The position numbers and the translations under genes were made by a program. This document shows, piece after piece, positions 49,910-63,710 of a stretch of 64,000 nt of DNA. Numbering within the stretch: the first letter of the stretch is position 1; every line of letters begins with the position of its first letter. Origin of the DNA: Octopus vulgaris (taxonomy: Eukaryota). Under the pieces are notes generated by a model. It saw only the letters and a program-made list of their open reading frames with translations. It had not been told where the DNA came from and did not search any database. The stretch is from the NCBI GenBank assembly GCA_951406725.2, contig OX597822.1, positions 79,174,001 to 79,238,000 of the forward strand, given 5' to 3'.

Positions 49910-51164
49910 TTGGGTCATCCCATAAATAATGCGTTCTTTTTTTTTTTCAATTGCAAGAACTAAAAGTAGGAGAGGGATGGGATAAACTGCTTGCAACAAC
50001 TTGTTATAAAAGCAGTTAGTAATTTTACCTTGCCTTATTCTTAGTGCAAGTGTTGAAGAGTGCAGCTCGATTTTAACAGCTATTTCTTCAAAGCTATAAT
50101 GGAAGTGACAGAGGAGCATATTCGGCATGTTTTGCTTTGAGTTCAATTAAGGCAACAACAACAACAACAACAGAAAGTGCAAGGAATATTAATGCAGTAT
50201 ATGGGTATCAGATAATAAGTGTAAACCAGTGTCAACAATGGTTCCAGAAATTCCGATCTGTAAAATACAGCCTAGAAGATGAGCCTCATCCTGGAAGATC
50301 TGTAGAGTTCAATAAGGAATCCTGCAAACCCTGGTGGAACAAAATCCCATCGTAACTGTTGAGGAACCAGCAGATGCTAAAAAGAGGGGGTGCCATCAGA
50401 AAAATCAGCAAATTGGGTCAATGGGTTCCTCACAAACTTTCTGAGTCTATTTGCATGCAGAGAGTGAATATGTACTCTTCTTTACTGTCACATCTCACGA
50501 ATGAGCCATTTTCGACCGAATAGTGACTGGTGATGAGAAACTAGTTCTCTATAAAAATGTCAAGCATTGAAGACAGTGGATAGAAAGTGGAGAAACACTG
50601 GCACCCCAGGATTAAAAAGGTCTTCCCCCACGTATGGTGTTGTTATCTATTTGGAGGAATATGAAAGGTTTAGTTCACTTTGAAATTTTAAACCCAAACC
50701 ATTGATAACAAAGGAGATCTACTGTGAGCAGCTTGAGTGGCTTGAGTCAGTGCTAGAAGAAAAACGACCAGCTTTGGTTTCAAGATGAAAGGTGTTCTTC
50801 CATCAGGATAATGCTCAGCCACATACAGCAAGGATGACATTCCAAAGGCTGGAGCAATTTGAATGGGAAAACAATGCCCCACCCACCATATTCACTGGAC
50901 ATTGCCATTTATTCCACAATCATCAAAATCATTTGGATGGAAAAAATATGAATTCTGTAGATAAGGTCAGAACAGTACTGTAGGAGGATTTTTCATCACA
51001 GACAAGTGAATTTTGGAAGAGGGGCCTTGAAAATCTAACAGATAGATGGAAGAGTATTGAAGAAAATGAAGGAGAGTATATTTTAGATTTAAAAAGAACT
51101 TTGTTTATCTTATGTTTGAAAAATAAAAGTATTAAAAAACTGCATTATTTATGGGATGAGCCAA
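49910..51164 (+). mobile_element. Full-length mariner DNA transposon (1255 bp)
   Basis: TIRs ttgggtcatcccataaataatgc / gcattatttatgggatgagccaa (1 mismatch); TA target duplication at 49908-09 and 51165-66. Confidence 0.95.
50099..51092 (+). pseudogene. Mariner transposase pseudogene
   Basis: MEVTEEHIRH, HTH ESARNINAVYG...WFQKF...LEDEPHPGRS, WVPHKL, VTGDEK, HQDNAQPH, HPPYSLDIA, GEYILD; multiple frameshifts, stops and deletions. Confidence 0.92.
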
Positions 51165-51684
51165 TAGATATATATATTACATACATACACACACACATAT
51201 ATACATACATATATAATGAGCTTCTTTCAGTTTCTGACAACCAAATCCAATCAAGGCTTTGGCTGGCCTAGAGCTATTGTAGAAGACATTTGCCCAAAGT
51301 GCCACAGAGTGATATTGAATCAGAAATCATGTGACTGGAATGTAAATTTCTAGACTACACAGCCATACCTGCAATTATATAATATAAATTTACTTTTGCT
51401 GTAAAAACATCTGAATCCACAAAAAAAGAAAACAAATTAGAAAAATGAAATCTAACAAAAAAAAATGCAAGATATGTCTTAATAACAAAAGGATTTCTGG
51501 ATATATTTTGTTCCTTAAACCTCTTTCACTAAATCATATTGCCTACCTTACAACCAATTCTGAAATTGTTTCCAATTACCCACCACCACCCTGAAAAATG
51601 AAAGGATTTATTTTCTTTACATATTTTTTTTATTTATTCATTATTTTGATGCACATTTTCATGGATCATTTCAGCTTAAATACA

Positions 51685-51749
51685 CAGATTGGCAGATTGG
51701 CTTAGCCTGACTGTTACTCTTTGCCAAAACAAGAAAATAAACCACGCCC
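51685..51749. promoter_or_regulatory. Tandem CCAAT boxes plus GC/KLF box (weak promoter-like cluster)
   Basis: cagattggcagattggc (51685-51701) and ccacgccc (51742-51749). Confidence 0.2.
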
Positions 51750-53091
51750 TTGCATTTCAGAGAAGAGCGAAAGGTGGAAGTGGAGTAGTGGATGGTTTGG
51801 TGTTATGGGTTTGGGTTGGCAGAGAATTCTTCAAACTTGAAACATGAAGCACAGCTTTTAACCAAGTTAAAAAGAAGAAGGCCTCAGTGAAAGTGGAGTG
51901 ATTGAAATTACATTAAATAACATTTCATCTCTATTTTTGTTTGAAACTGTTACCAAGAAAAAAATATTCAAAAAAAAAAACATTAGCTTATTAAGAAAAG
52001 AATTAAAAAAATGTGATCCCTGGTATGGAGCAAGGTATGACATGAACTGGAGTAGAAAAATGTATAAGACAGAGAAATGCATACTGTGTGCATGGATGTG
52101 TGTCTGTATGTGTGTGCATGAGCACAAAATTACAAACACACATAGGTACTATTTTATATTCATATCTGTGATTACGTTAATATTTATGATATGTACAGGA
52201 TTGTGGATGTATGTGCATTCTCACACACACACATTATAGATGCTAGTAGGATTATCCTTTAGTCCATTACAACTTATAGTTGCACAGTAATGGCAGAAGG
52301 TTAATTCAGTTACTGAATAAAAATATTCAATCCTTCATTTTCTATTGGGTTTTTTCTTGTTAAAAATTTGTTTGACTTTTCTTTCTTTCTCTATGTATAT
52401 ATGTGTATGTATTTATATGCATCTCAGTTTGCATATATGTACATATACATTTAAGTGCACATAATTCTACATGCACATTTCTTAGTATAATTGTGCATAT
52501 ACACACATAAGTGTCTTGTTGTATATCAATACTTGTCAATAATTTGTGTCTGTATGAACTTAGATATTTGTCTTTTTATATGAAGATATATGTATTTGTG
52601 TGAGCTAATGTGATTGTCATATTCACAAAATCAGGACTATACATACAGATGTATGTACATACATATTAGCATGTTATGTAATTAAATATCACCCACTAAA
52701 ATCAAGACTATACACATACACTCACAGGCACGTGTGCACACACTATGTATGTACATATGTATACACATAAGCAATCAGCTATCACCTTCTTGAAACCAAA
52801 ACCATGCACACATAAATGTGTATGTGAATTTATATTTGAGTATATACGTGATTAAATATCACCTTCTCAAAAGAAAGAGCACATGCACAGGGAGTAGGGA
52901 GAAGAGAGAGGGGAGAGAGAGAGAGAGAGAGCAAAAAAGAACTTTTCCACTGAAATGTAAGAAGTCCATTGTGCAAATAAAGAGAAAATATACCTTAGTA
53001 GCTTACTTTGATCACACTTCCGTTGATCTTCTTCAAAAGAACTTGACTCTCACTCAGCCATAAATTTAGTGTATATGAGAATGTGTGCACA

Positions 53092-53129
<38 letters not shown>

Positions 53130-53608
53130 AAAAACACAGTCATGATTAGGACTATACACACAAACACACACACGTTTGAGAGTGAATGTCTCTTAACATT
53201 TAATTTCCAGGAAAATATACTAGGAATTCATTGAACTATTCACATCTATGAGATAGCTTTGAAAAAGCTATTTATATAGGAACAGTAGGTAGTAAGAATT
53301 TGGTGGGTTAAGGTCAAGATTAGATCTCAGTGTAGGGTTTGGGTTTATGCTTCCAGAGGAAACCTTATTTCACTACCTCACTTCAAATTCTATATAATGT
53401 TATAAGGCCACTTACACAATGCATATATATTCACATTAATATTCACTTAAATAGTCCAGTGTAAACATTTACATTTCCAGTCAGAAATCTTAATTGGCAT
53501 TCTTTTGAAGTCTGGAAAAGAAAAGCAGTCCCTCTGCTCTAACAGAATCTTCCAGAACATTGAGGTTAATGGAGCTAATTGCAAATTTCCTCCCCCCCCC
53601 ATCTTCAG

Positions 53609-53661
<53 letters not shown>

Positions 53662-54669
53662 AGGTTAAAATGTTTAACATGATAGAGAGAAGTTGAAAAG
53701 TGGAGAAAGATATCCCCATCATAAATATTTAGCCAATCCTTTTACCAAACCAGTGATAGTAAGCCTTTTTAGTCCAGTATGCTGAATTCTTAGACCTTAC
53801 TTTTCAAATCTAATTATTAAAGCATTCTATGTATACATGTATTTTAGTTTAAGGTAGATTTTCATAGTTAAATCATTTATAATTTATCTATGCAGAGAGA
53901 TTTGTTTTCTTAAAGCCTATCATGTGTCATTTAAAAACCCACAAGAGCAGGTCACTGCTGGAGTGCATGTTTTATGTTCACTGTGAGTGAGCTAAAGACT
54001 TCTCGAGATGAAAGGAGAGAGTGAGTATGGGTCTTTTGATATTACTAAGATCACAGACTCTTAGTAGAATCAGTTAAGGAAACAGAGAGTAAGCAGAACA
54101 AGTCAGTGGACTAGATGTTGTAAATAATCAGAGAGTGGATCCTTGTTCATCAAGTAAATGGATTCTTCTTATGATGCATATGTATGTGTCAGCTACACTA
54201 TGCCAAAGCAACACTGATAATGAAGACCAAAATGGATTACAACAAAGATAAGTTGCTCTCCATTGACAAGATACAACAGCCATTAGTATATTCACATTCA
54301 AACTACCAGAATGACTTAAGAATGAATACATAAGTCATTGTTTTGATTCTTACTGATCACTATACATATGAGTCATAATGGTTGGAAGATATTAGCATGA
54401 ATCAGCAAATAATTTGCTTGCTGGAGTTATAAACAAGAGTCATAAACTCTTGTTAGATTCATTAGTCCAGGATATCTTTAGGATAACTGGTTGGTGTTTT
54501 GACACTGATGTGACTCATCAGCCAAAGTCTTCATACACTGTTGTGAAAACACAATCATCTTAAAGGAGATGTTCAACATTGATGAGATACACAAGCAATT
54601 AACATATTCACAAAGGTGCAGGTGTGACTGTGTGATAAGAAGTTTGCTTTCCAGCCACATGGTTCCTAG

Positions 54670-55280
54670 TCTTAGTGGTATTTTGTCTGTCTTTACGTTT
54701 TGAGTTCAAATTCCGCCGAGGACAACTTTGCCTTTCATCTTTTCGGGGTCAATAAAATAAGTACCAGTTGAACACTGGGGTCGATGTAATCAACTCAACC
54801 CCTCTCCTAAAAATTGCTGCCCTTGTGGCAAAATTTGAAACCATTATTATTATCATTATTTGGAGTGGTGAATTGATAGACGTGTTAACGTGTCAGTCAA
54901 AAAGCGTTTAGATATTTTTTTCAATTCTTAGCGTTCTGAATTTAAATCTCACTGAGGTCAGCTTTGCCTTTAATGCTGCTGGTTCAATAAAATAAAATAC
55001 CAGTAATGTATTGGGTTCATTCAATTAACTAATTCTGGTAATGCCAGTGAGATGGCAGAATGCACAGCTATATGTACATCAGACAAAATGCTTAGCAGCA
55101 TTTTTTTTTCTGGCTCTTTATGTTCTGAGTTCAAATCCAGCCAAGGTTAACTTCATTTCATTGACCCTGAAAGGATGAAAGACAAAGTACCAGTCCAGTA
55201 CTGGGGTTGATGTAATTGAATAAACTCCCATTCCCTAAAATTACTGGCTTTGTTCCAAAATTTGAAACCAATATTATTAT
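54670..55280 (+). mobile_element. Three head-to-tail S2 SINEs
   Basis: Cores gagttcaaattccgccgagg (54702), gaatttaaatctcactgagg (54938) and gagttcaaatccagccaagg (55127). Confidence 0.85.
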
Positions 55281-55855
55281 GATAATGAGTGAAGAAAAAA
55301 AAAATAGTACAAAAAAAGCCCAATTCCCACTTCCAAAATATGTAAAAGTAAAAACAAAAAAAAATTATATTTATAAAAGCTTCAATAACTGCATCATTCT
55401 ATCAAAATCTTGCAACCAACAATTGTATCAGCGTTTATGAATGTGAAATTAAAGATAAAGATGGCGGAGAGTGGAGCACAAAAGAGGAAAGTAAATATAC
55501 AGCAACAGAATATATTAATATCCTCAGGTGGAAGTTTTGTTGTTATATGTATTCTTTTCTGAAAGTGTTTATATGTGTTATATAATTCCTTTTCTTTTAG
55601 CAATAAGGAAAGATACTTTGTTATCAAGGTTCTTAACATGATTTCAGAAGAATGCTAACATAGAATTTATCAAATTTATCAAATAGACTTTCATATATAT
55701 ATATAATTTATTTGTTATCATACACTTATACACAAATGTATCTCATACTCCAGTTTATACATAGGTTCATTTGCATGATGTGATATTGCCTTATATTAAT
55801 TGAATTGATGAATTGTAATGTAATATTTGTGACACTGTTGCCCTTGATGCAAATA

Positions 55856-55897
<42 letters not shown>

Positions 55898-56019
55898 GCT
55901 GGGGAAGAAGAAAACACTAACAACAACAGATTCCATTATTTTATACCAAATTCACTTCTAAAATCAACTTCTTATGTACAAATACATATCCATTAAAATT
56001 GTGCATCCCTGTACATGAA

Positions 56020-56518
56020 TCATCATCATTTTAACTTCTATTTTTTCCATATGTTGAACAGAGTTTACTGAGGTTGATTTTCTATAGCTGGATGTCCTTC
56101 TCATCACCAACACTCAACCATTTCCAAGCAAGATTATATTTGCCCACAGCCAGAGATATTTTTGCAGAATATTGGAAATGAATGATACTGCTTGTATGAC
56201 AATGATATTCATTCACAATTATGAAGAGATGTAAAGACAAGGAAATACAAATAAATATACGAATATATATATATTGATGATTATAATCACACACTCAAAC
56301 ACACACACACACACACACACATAGAAAATGGATGTTAAAAGATCATGATGATGTGATAGCCTTTTTTTTTTCCTGCTTCTATCAACGAAATCCACTCACA
56401 CGGCTTTAGTCAGCATGGGATTATAGTAGGAGATACTTGCCCAAGGAGTCACACATTGTAACTGAATTCAAATCTAAGTAGTTAAAAAGCAAACTTCTTA
56501 ATCATACACCATACCTGC
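56020..56518 (-). mobile_element. S1 SINE with RTE-type tail
   Basis: catcatcattttaac...ttttctatagctggatg...atccactcaca...acttgcccaagg...catacctgca. Confidence 0.75.
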
Positions 56519-56739
56519 AACTATATGTATGTGTATATACTTTGATACATGCAAACTAACTCCCTCTTGAATTGAAATCCTAACGCAAGTCAGTATGTTT
56601 TCTAACTATAATTTAGAATTTGTGTTTTGTATGTTGAGTGTGCACAAATGTATATTTGTATGTGCACATGTGCATGTTTGCATGTGTGTGTGTGTAGATA
56701 GGTAGACAGATAACTCCAAGATATGTAATGGAATGAAAT

Positions 56740-57420
56740 GCTGAAAAAAATCAACATGATAATAAAAGGGAAAAGATAAGTCAATCTATCAAAAGAGTGG
56801 GGAAGGTGTGCAAACAAGTTAAGGAATTTAAATATTTGGGAAGAACAATAACGGAAGATGCAAGATCAAAGAAAGATTGCAGCAGCTAGGCTGACTTTAA
56901 CAATGTTAGACCTTGTTTGGAAAAACAAAAGTTTAGAATAACAAAACAAAAAAAAATTGTTTTTTGAAAGCAATAATAATTTCAGCTGCATTTTATGTGT
57001 ATTGCATCATGGGTGTTAGATGCTGAAAGCAATAAAAAAAAAATCATGGCTTTTGAAATGAAATGTTCTAGAAAGATGCTTCACATTCCATATAGAGAAC
57101 ATTGAACTAATGAGAGCGTTACAAAATAAATTGTTGGAGGAGACTACAAACCATGAAATTCTACTTCTACCAAAAGCCAGACAATGAAGTGGTTGTGGTC
57201 ATGCAACACAACACCCAACATCATGAAAATATGATTATACATGGCCCCACCTCTAGTAAAACAAAAAAAAAGCATAGGAATTTCACAGAGGGAGTGGTTA
57301 AGAAAGATCAAGATAGGGACAAGGAAGAATATGATGGAAAATATAAGGTCGACTGATGGTCAGGGAAAACAGAGAGGTGGCTGTCTTCCACTGTACATCT
57401 ACAGCCACCCTAGATGATGG
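56740..57420 (+). pseudogene. RTE LINE ORF C-terminal relic
   Basis: QVKEFKYLGRTITEDARS...IAAARLTLTMLDLVWKNK...IMAFEMKCSRKMLHIPYREH*TNESV; frameshifted. Confidence 0.8.
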
Positions 57421-57532
57421 ATTTTGATTGTGCGTGTGCATGTGTGTGTGCATGTGTGTGTGTGTGCATGTGTGTGTGTGTGCATGTGTGTGTGTGTGCA
57501 TGTATCAGTCACACACATACACACACACACAA

Positions 57533-57975
57533 TTGGGTGTGTGGTTAAAAAGCTTGGTTCCTAACCACTTGGTTCTAAGTTCAGTCCCACTGTGAGGCAC
57601 CTTAGGCAAGTGTCTTCTGCTATAGCCCCAAGCGAACAAAAGCCTTGTATGTAGATTTGGAAGGTAGAAACTGAGAAAATCCCATTGCACATATGTATGT
57701 GCGTGTGCTTGTGTATGTCTGCGTGTGACTGAGACAGTGTCTTGAAGCCTTGTCATAGAGTGATTGTTGTAAGCAAGTGTCACCATCATAGAAGTGGTGT
57801 TCTTCATGATTTAATTTTCTGTGGAAACATGTCTAGACATGAGGAAATATCTTACTTGAAAACAGGTGAGGGTTAGTGACAGGACAATCATCAGGATGTA
57901 GAAAATAAGCTGTAATAAATTCCATCTAACCCACACAATCACAGAAAAGTGGACATTAAAACAATGTTGATGACA
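57533..57975 (+). mobile_element. S1 SINE with RTE-type tail
   Basis: gttcagtcccactg...caccttaggcaagtgtcttc...aacaggtgaggg...gaaaagtggacattaaa. Confidence 0.8.
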
Positions 57976-58254
57976 TTATATTAGAAAAAAGGGAAAAAAA
58001 GTTGTAATTAAATGGATCACCAGCAGTTTTAATGATGAGTATCAGTATTTTGGTCAACTGAACTGACTTCTCAATAAACTATAATTTAAGTGGCTGAGTA
58101 TTCCGCAAACACACACCTTTATGCTGCTCAGGTTGGGTCAAAAGTATAGTCCATTGGATGCACTTGTACAGTTTTCATCTAACCAACATACACTTACAAA
58201 GCTTAGGTCAACCAATATGAAGTTAAGTGATTTATGAGAGTGTGTGGTTGGTTA

Positions 58255-58586
58255 CCTTTTATTGGTTTCAGTCACTGGACAGCAGCCATGCTGGGGCACT
58301 ACCTTGAAAGATTTAGTTGAAGACATTAATCCCAGTACTTATACAACTGGCCTTACAAAGCTGTAAACAAACCAACACTAGCTGTCAAACAGTGGGGAAA
58401 GAAAACATACAAAAAGACACCACACATATACACACACACACAACAGGCTTCCACATAGTTTCCACATCCAAATTCACTCATAAGGTATGTGTCAGTCCAA
58501 GGGTTATAGTAAAAGATTCTTGCCAAAGGTGCCTGATCCTAAAACCATGTGGTTGTAATGTGAGCTTCTTAACCACACAGCCACAA
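58255..58586 (-). mobile_element. S1 SINE (CR1-type tail, internally deleted)
   Basis: gtttcagtca...gccatgctggggcac...cttcttaaccacacagcca. Confidence 0.75.
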
Positions 58587-59034
58587 ATATAGTTTTGTAT
58601 CGTACATGAAATGGTATGAAGTAGTCTTTAACTTATAAGAATGTTTGAATTTTTGCTTATATTAAATTTATAGACATTGTATACAAACAATAAATCTTAC
58701 TAAAAATAATGGCAGTAAAATCTCAACAATAAACCTTTAGAAGGTAAATGCATGTACTGATGACGGAGTAAATAGTATATTGTTGACATATGTTGCTTGA
58801 GTAGATGACATACTGTAGACAGATGTTAGCAACACCCAGGAGAGACAGTCTGACTTACACAGATGAAATTTAGTGCAGGCAGGCAGGCAGAGAGAGAGAG
58901 AGAAAGAGACAGACAGACAGACAGACACAGAAATACATATACACACATCAGGTTTGTGTGTTTAATGTGTATGCAGGTATGTATGTAATTATGTAGGTAT
59001 ACATATACAAAAAATGCACACACACACACACACA

Positions 59035-59089
<55 letters not shown>

Positions 59090-59471
59090 TCTATAGTGCT
59101 CTATACACATATAAACCTTGAAAAATACATTTACAGAAAAATACTGTTTAAAGCCAGTTTATTTGCTTATGTCAGCACACTACTAGCACACCACAGTACC
59201 ACACTGCTTTGATTAAGAACAAGCTAACGAGAGAAGTGGGACCTCTATATGGCTGCTGAACTTGCTAGAGACATTTATAATCTCAACCATCTGGAGGACA
59301 AAAGGATGAAATAATGTAGTCCTAGACATATTATTCCTGAAAACCAGACAATGTGGTCATGGATAGAAAGCTTCCAATCATATGTGTGCTTGATCAACAC
59401 TGATCTGGGGATTTAAATAATAACACCAACATTCACAAGTCACAGACTGCTGCAAATCTACAAACATTCAT

Positions 59472-59716
59472 AGGTGCAGGCATGGCTGTGTGGGTTCAGA
59501 AGCTCTTTTTTAGGTGGTGGTGGTGGTGGTAGGGTCAGTCCCAGTGCATGGCATAATGGACAAGTGTCTTCTATTATAGTCATGGGCCAACCAATACTTT
59601 ATCAGTGAATCTGGTGGAAAATAAGTACTGGTGTTGATTTATTTGAGCTAAAAGCTCTTCAAGGCAGTACCCAAGCCTGGCCACTGTGCAATGATTGAAA
59701 CAAGTAGTAAAAAAAA
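59472..59716 (+). mobile_element. Internally deleted S1 SINE
   Basis: ggtgcaggcatggctgtgtgg...caagtgtcttctattatag...aatgattgaaacaagta. Confidence 0.7.
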
Positions 59717-60014
59717 GTTACTTTTGAAAATTGCCCAAAACATGCATCTACATGTTTCTACAAAATCCATGCACACACACATGCACAAACATGAGCATGC
59801 ACACATATATAGTTATGTGTACTCTAATTAATTCCTTTATATTTACTGACATATGGTCCTTCAAAGCCTGACACATCCACTACCTGACAAATACTTACAC
59901 ATTCATGTTTACTTCATACAGATATATGCACAGAGAAATGAGCATATGCATACACATGAATGCATCTACTTCTTACACCTAACCAACACCTATATATATA
60001 TATATATATATATA

Positions 60015-60401
60015 TTCTTTTACTCTTACTGGTTTCAGTCATTTGACAGCAGCCATGCTGAAGCACTGCCTTAAAAGATTTTAGCCATAGAAATCCACCC
60101 CAGGTCTTATTCTTTGTAAGCTTAGTACTTATTCTATCGGTCTCTTTTGCTGAACTGCTAAGTTACAGGGAAATAAACACACCATCATCAGTCGTCAAGC
60201 AATGGCAAGGGAACAAACGCAAACAAATACACACACACACACACATATATGATGAGCTTCTTTCAGTTTACCAAATCCAGTCACAAGGCTTTGGTTGACC
60301 TGAGGCTATAGTAGAAGACATTTGCCCAAGGTGCCATGCAGTGGAACTGAACCCAGAACCATGTGGTTGGGAAGTAAGGTTCTTACCACTTAGCCATGCC
60401 T
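60015..60401 (-). mobile_element. S1 SINE (CR1-type tail)
   Basis: Full-length match to 48895-49314. Confidence 0.9.
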
Positions 60402-60425
60402 ATATATATATATATACATATATAT

Positions 60426-60481
<56 letters not shown>

Positions 60482-62364
60482 ATGAATTAGAAAGTGTTGC
60501 TGAAGAGGTCACAGATGTGTGATGAAAGATTTCTAGACAATAGACATACGATGAAATAAGAACAGTAATAAACGAGTGAAGAATGAATATATGGTGCATC
60601 TGTTTATTTCACAAAAAAATAAATAAATAAATGTCCATCCTGAAATACAGCAATATATATATGCATGCAACGCGTACAGACACAGACATATGCCCTCACA
60701 TATATACACGTATATGTACATATTTTGATTTACATGGCAATTTGTAAACACATAAGACTTGAGAGATTGTAGACATACTCACATATTCATAAATGTTCGT
60801 GGATTATGACAGACATGTCGCATCCCACACCTCCCATACACACACACAACAAAGGCTGATTCAGAAGACTATTCAAACAACACTTTCACACAAGTATACA
60901 ATCATACAACCATAAAAAGCATATGCAGATAATTTTGGAAATCCGAAACACTAAACATGCATACATACATACCAGACAACTGTTATAATGCATATACATA
61001 CTCACACATCCATACCTGAAAACCATCAACACAAACACACATACATACACACCCCTCATCCAAATATAACATGCACACATATTTACACCCTACAGCGCAA
61101 CTCTTTACAAAATGCATTCATGCATGAAAAACCACAAAAAACATCAACAACAACAATAATAATAACATAGTAAAATATAAATATATAAAATAGAGAAAAA
61201 TGGAGAGAAATAAATAGAACATTGAATAACCATATTTGTATACAAAATTCTACATGGTATAAACCTGCACCTCATCATCATAAAAAACAGTACCGCTATC
61301 TCACTGCAATCTTGCATAATTTTGAATAAAAAAAGAACAAAACAAACATGATGATGGAAAAAACTGCTGTTTATGCACCAATACAATTTGAATTCACAAT
61401 CATTTCATCTGCATACATTGATATGCATACACCTGCATGCAAAGCATGTATACACACTTAAATATACATTTACATAAATGCTTGCACAAGCTTCCGACAT
61501 TAAGAGACCATCTACCCAACTAACCAATTAATCTCATAAATACACACATACACATGAATATTTTGATTTACATACCAATTCATAAAGACACAACAAACTT
61601 GGGAGATTATAGAAATATGCATGGGTAGCAACACAAATCACACATACACACAACTGCACACCGATTATGAAATTTATATGAATATGACATTCACACAAAC
61701 ATGGAGACATATGGATACAAATATGCAAACACACAAATGACAAATGCAGAAAGCAGCACACATACAAGAAACAATATTGCTAAAATAGTTGCTCCCCACC
61801 TAACACCAACTCAACAACTGTTTCCTCCTTCTTGTCCATAAAAGATATCCCCAACCCCATTGGCCCATCCTCCCCCACCAGCTAAACTCACGATGCATAT
61901 CCCACCCATTTCCATCACATATGTATGCAACTGACTCCAAGCATCAGTCAGTTGCATAATGCTCAGCTTAATGTTGCTACCGTTTGATTTGTACAACACA
62001 GCCCAGTTCTGTACAGCTTAATCTCACAGATGCAATGTGTTAATCTGGCCCCCTGCTACAATACAATAAGCCTTATTAAAACGATTTAAGGTTTTGGATT
62101 AACAGGAGTTGTGGTAGAGGGTGAAATATAAAGGTAGCAACAATAGAAATAACAACAACAAACACTAAAACTCCACCATGAACAACACTGAAAATAACAA
62201 GTACAAGCAGAGCAAAAAGAACACCAGCAACAGCAACAAGAGCCAAGGAGGAAACCACTAATACATTCACTCAACTTGCTAGAAATATCATCCAGTTTCC
62301 CTCAAATTACGACTAGCTAACTTAACAATAGAGGGCTACTCTAGATATAGTAAAAGCCGATATA

Positions 62365-62740
62365 GGCACAGGGGTGGCTGTGTGGTAAGTAGCTTGCTTA
62401 CCAACCACATGGTTTTGGGTTCACTCCTACTGCATGGCACCTTGAGCAAGTGTCTTCTACTATAACCTCACAGCAACCAAAGCCTTAGGAGTGGATTTGG
62501 TTGATGGAAACTGAAAGAAGCACTTCATATATATGTGTGTGTGTTTGGCCTCTCCAACATCGCTTGACAACTGATGCTGGTGTGTTTACGTCCTTGTAAC
62601 TTAGCAGTTCAGCAAAAGAGACTTACACAATGAGTACTGGGCTTACAAAGAATAAGTCTTGGGGTCGATTTGCTCAACTAAAGGCGGTGCTCCAGCATGG
62701 CCACAGTCAAATGACTGAAACAAGTAAAAGAATAAAAGAA
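62365..62740 (+). mobile_element. S1 SINE (CR1-type tail) inserted in a family A copy
   Basis: Full-length S1 flanked by a family A head (62265-62360) and tail remnants (62745-62910). Confidence 0.85.
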
Positions 62741-63189
62741 CAGTGAAGGCTAGAATACAAATGATCATAGAGCTAACTTGGGGTAGTTAGGCAACTGCAT
62801 TATACTTATTGCATTCCACTAGATGAGCTAGCTATGGCTAGAATACTGTTGATCAAATGTCTGCTCAAATAGGGCTGACCTGGGGTTAAACAGAGCAATA
62901 ACAACTACATCTACAAGAATAGTAACAACTGTAACAGCCACATCCATAAAAAGAAATACCGCAGGGTATTCTCTTGGAGAAGATCCATCCAACTTTTGCA
63001 AGCATAGTGTAACAGGTAGGAAAATAATACTCATGATGATATACTTTTCTATGCCTTTAGAGATTTAAAGATATTTTTATGACTGTCTGGAGTTCAAATT
63101 TACTGCAGATGTTTTATTTATTTGTGTCTGTGTGTGTACATTGTGTATACATGCATATACACACACACACTATATATATATATATATAG

Positions 63190-63710
63190 GCTTTCACTTT
63201 CCAGACACATGGCTTTGGTTCAATCTCACTGCATGGCACTTTGGTTAACAAAGTCTTGCAGTTCAATTTTCTAGAGAGAAACTGAAAGAAGCCCCATCAT
63301 GTATGTGTTTGTGTGTCTGTATATTGTCTTGATATTATGCAATAGTTGTAAATGAGTGTCATCATCATACAAGCTGTGTCATTTGTTTCTAATCTTTAGT
63401 GAAAGTACGTCTGCCCGTGGGAAGGTATGAAGTTGCATGGAAACAGTTAAGGGTTGGCAAAAGGAAGGGTATCAAATCAAAGAAAATTTGCCTCAACAAA
63501 TTCTGCTTCGCCTGTGCACGGATTAGTGGATGCTAAAATGATGATGACAGCAAACCTGGTCTTGGGGAAATGTTACCTTACTTGGAAACAGGTGAGAGTT
63601 AACAACAGGATGGGCATCAAGTTGAAGAAAATCCACCACGAGTTCTGTCTGACCCATGTGAGCATAGAAAAGTGGACATTAAATGATGATGGTGGTGATG
63701 GTGATGATAT
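63190..63710 (+). mobile_element. S1 SINE with duplicated RTE-type tail
   Basis: Two successive ggaaacag...gaaaat...atgatgat segments (63430-63548 and 63565-63710). Confidence 0.75.

Larger units (their letters stand above)
49560..51372 (-). mobile_element. S1 SINE with RTE-type tail, split by the mariner
   Basis: Tail part at 49560-49790 and head part at 51196-51372, colinear on the minus strand either side of the transposon. Confidence 0.75.
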
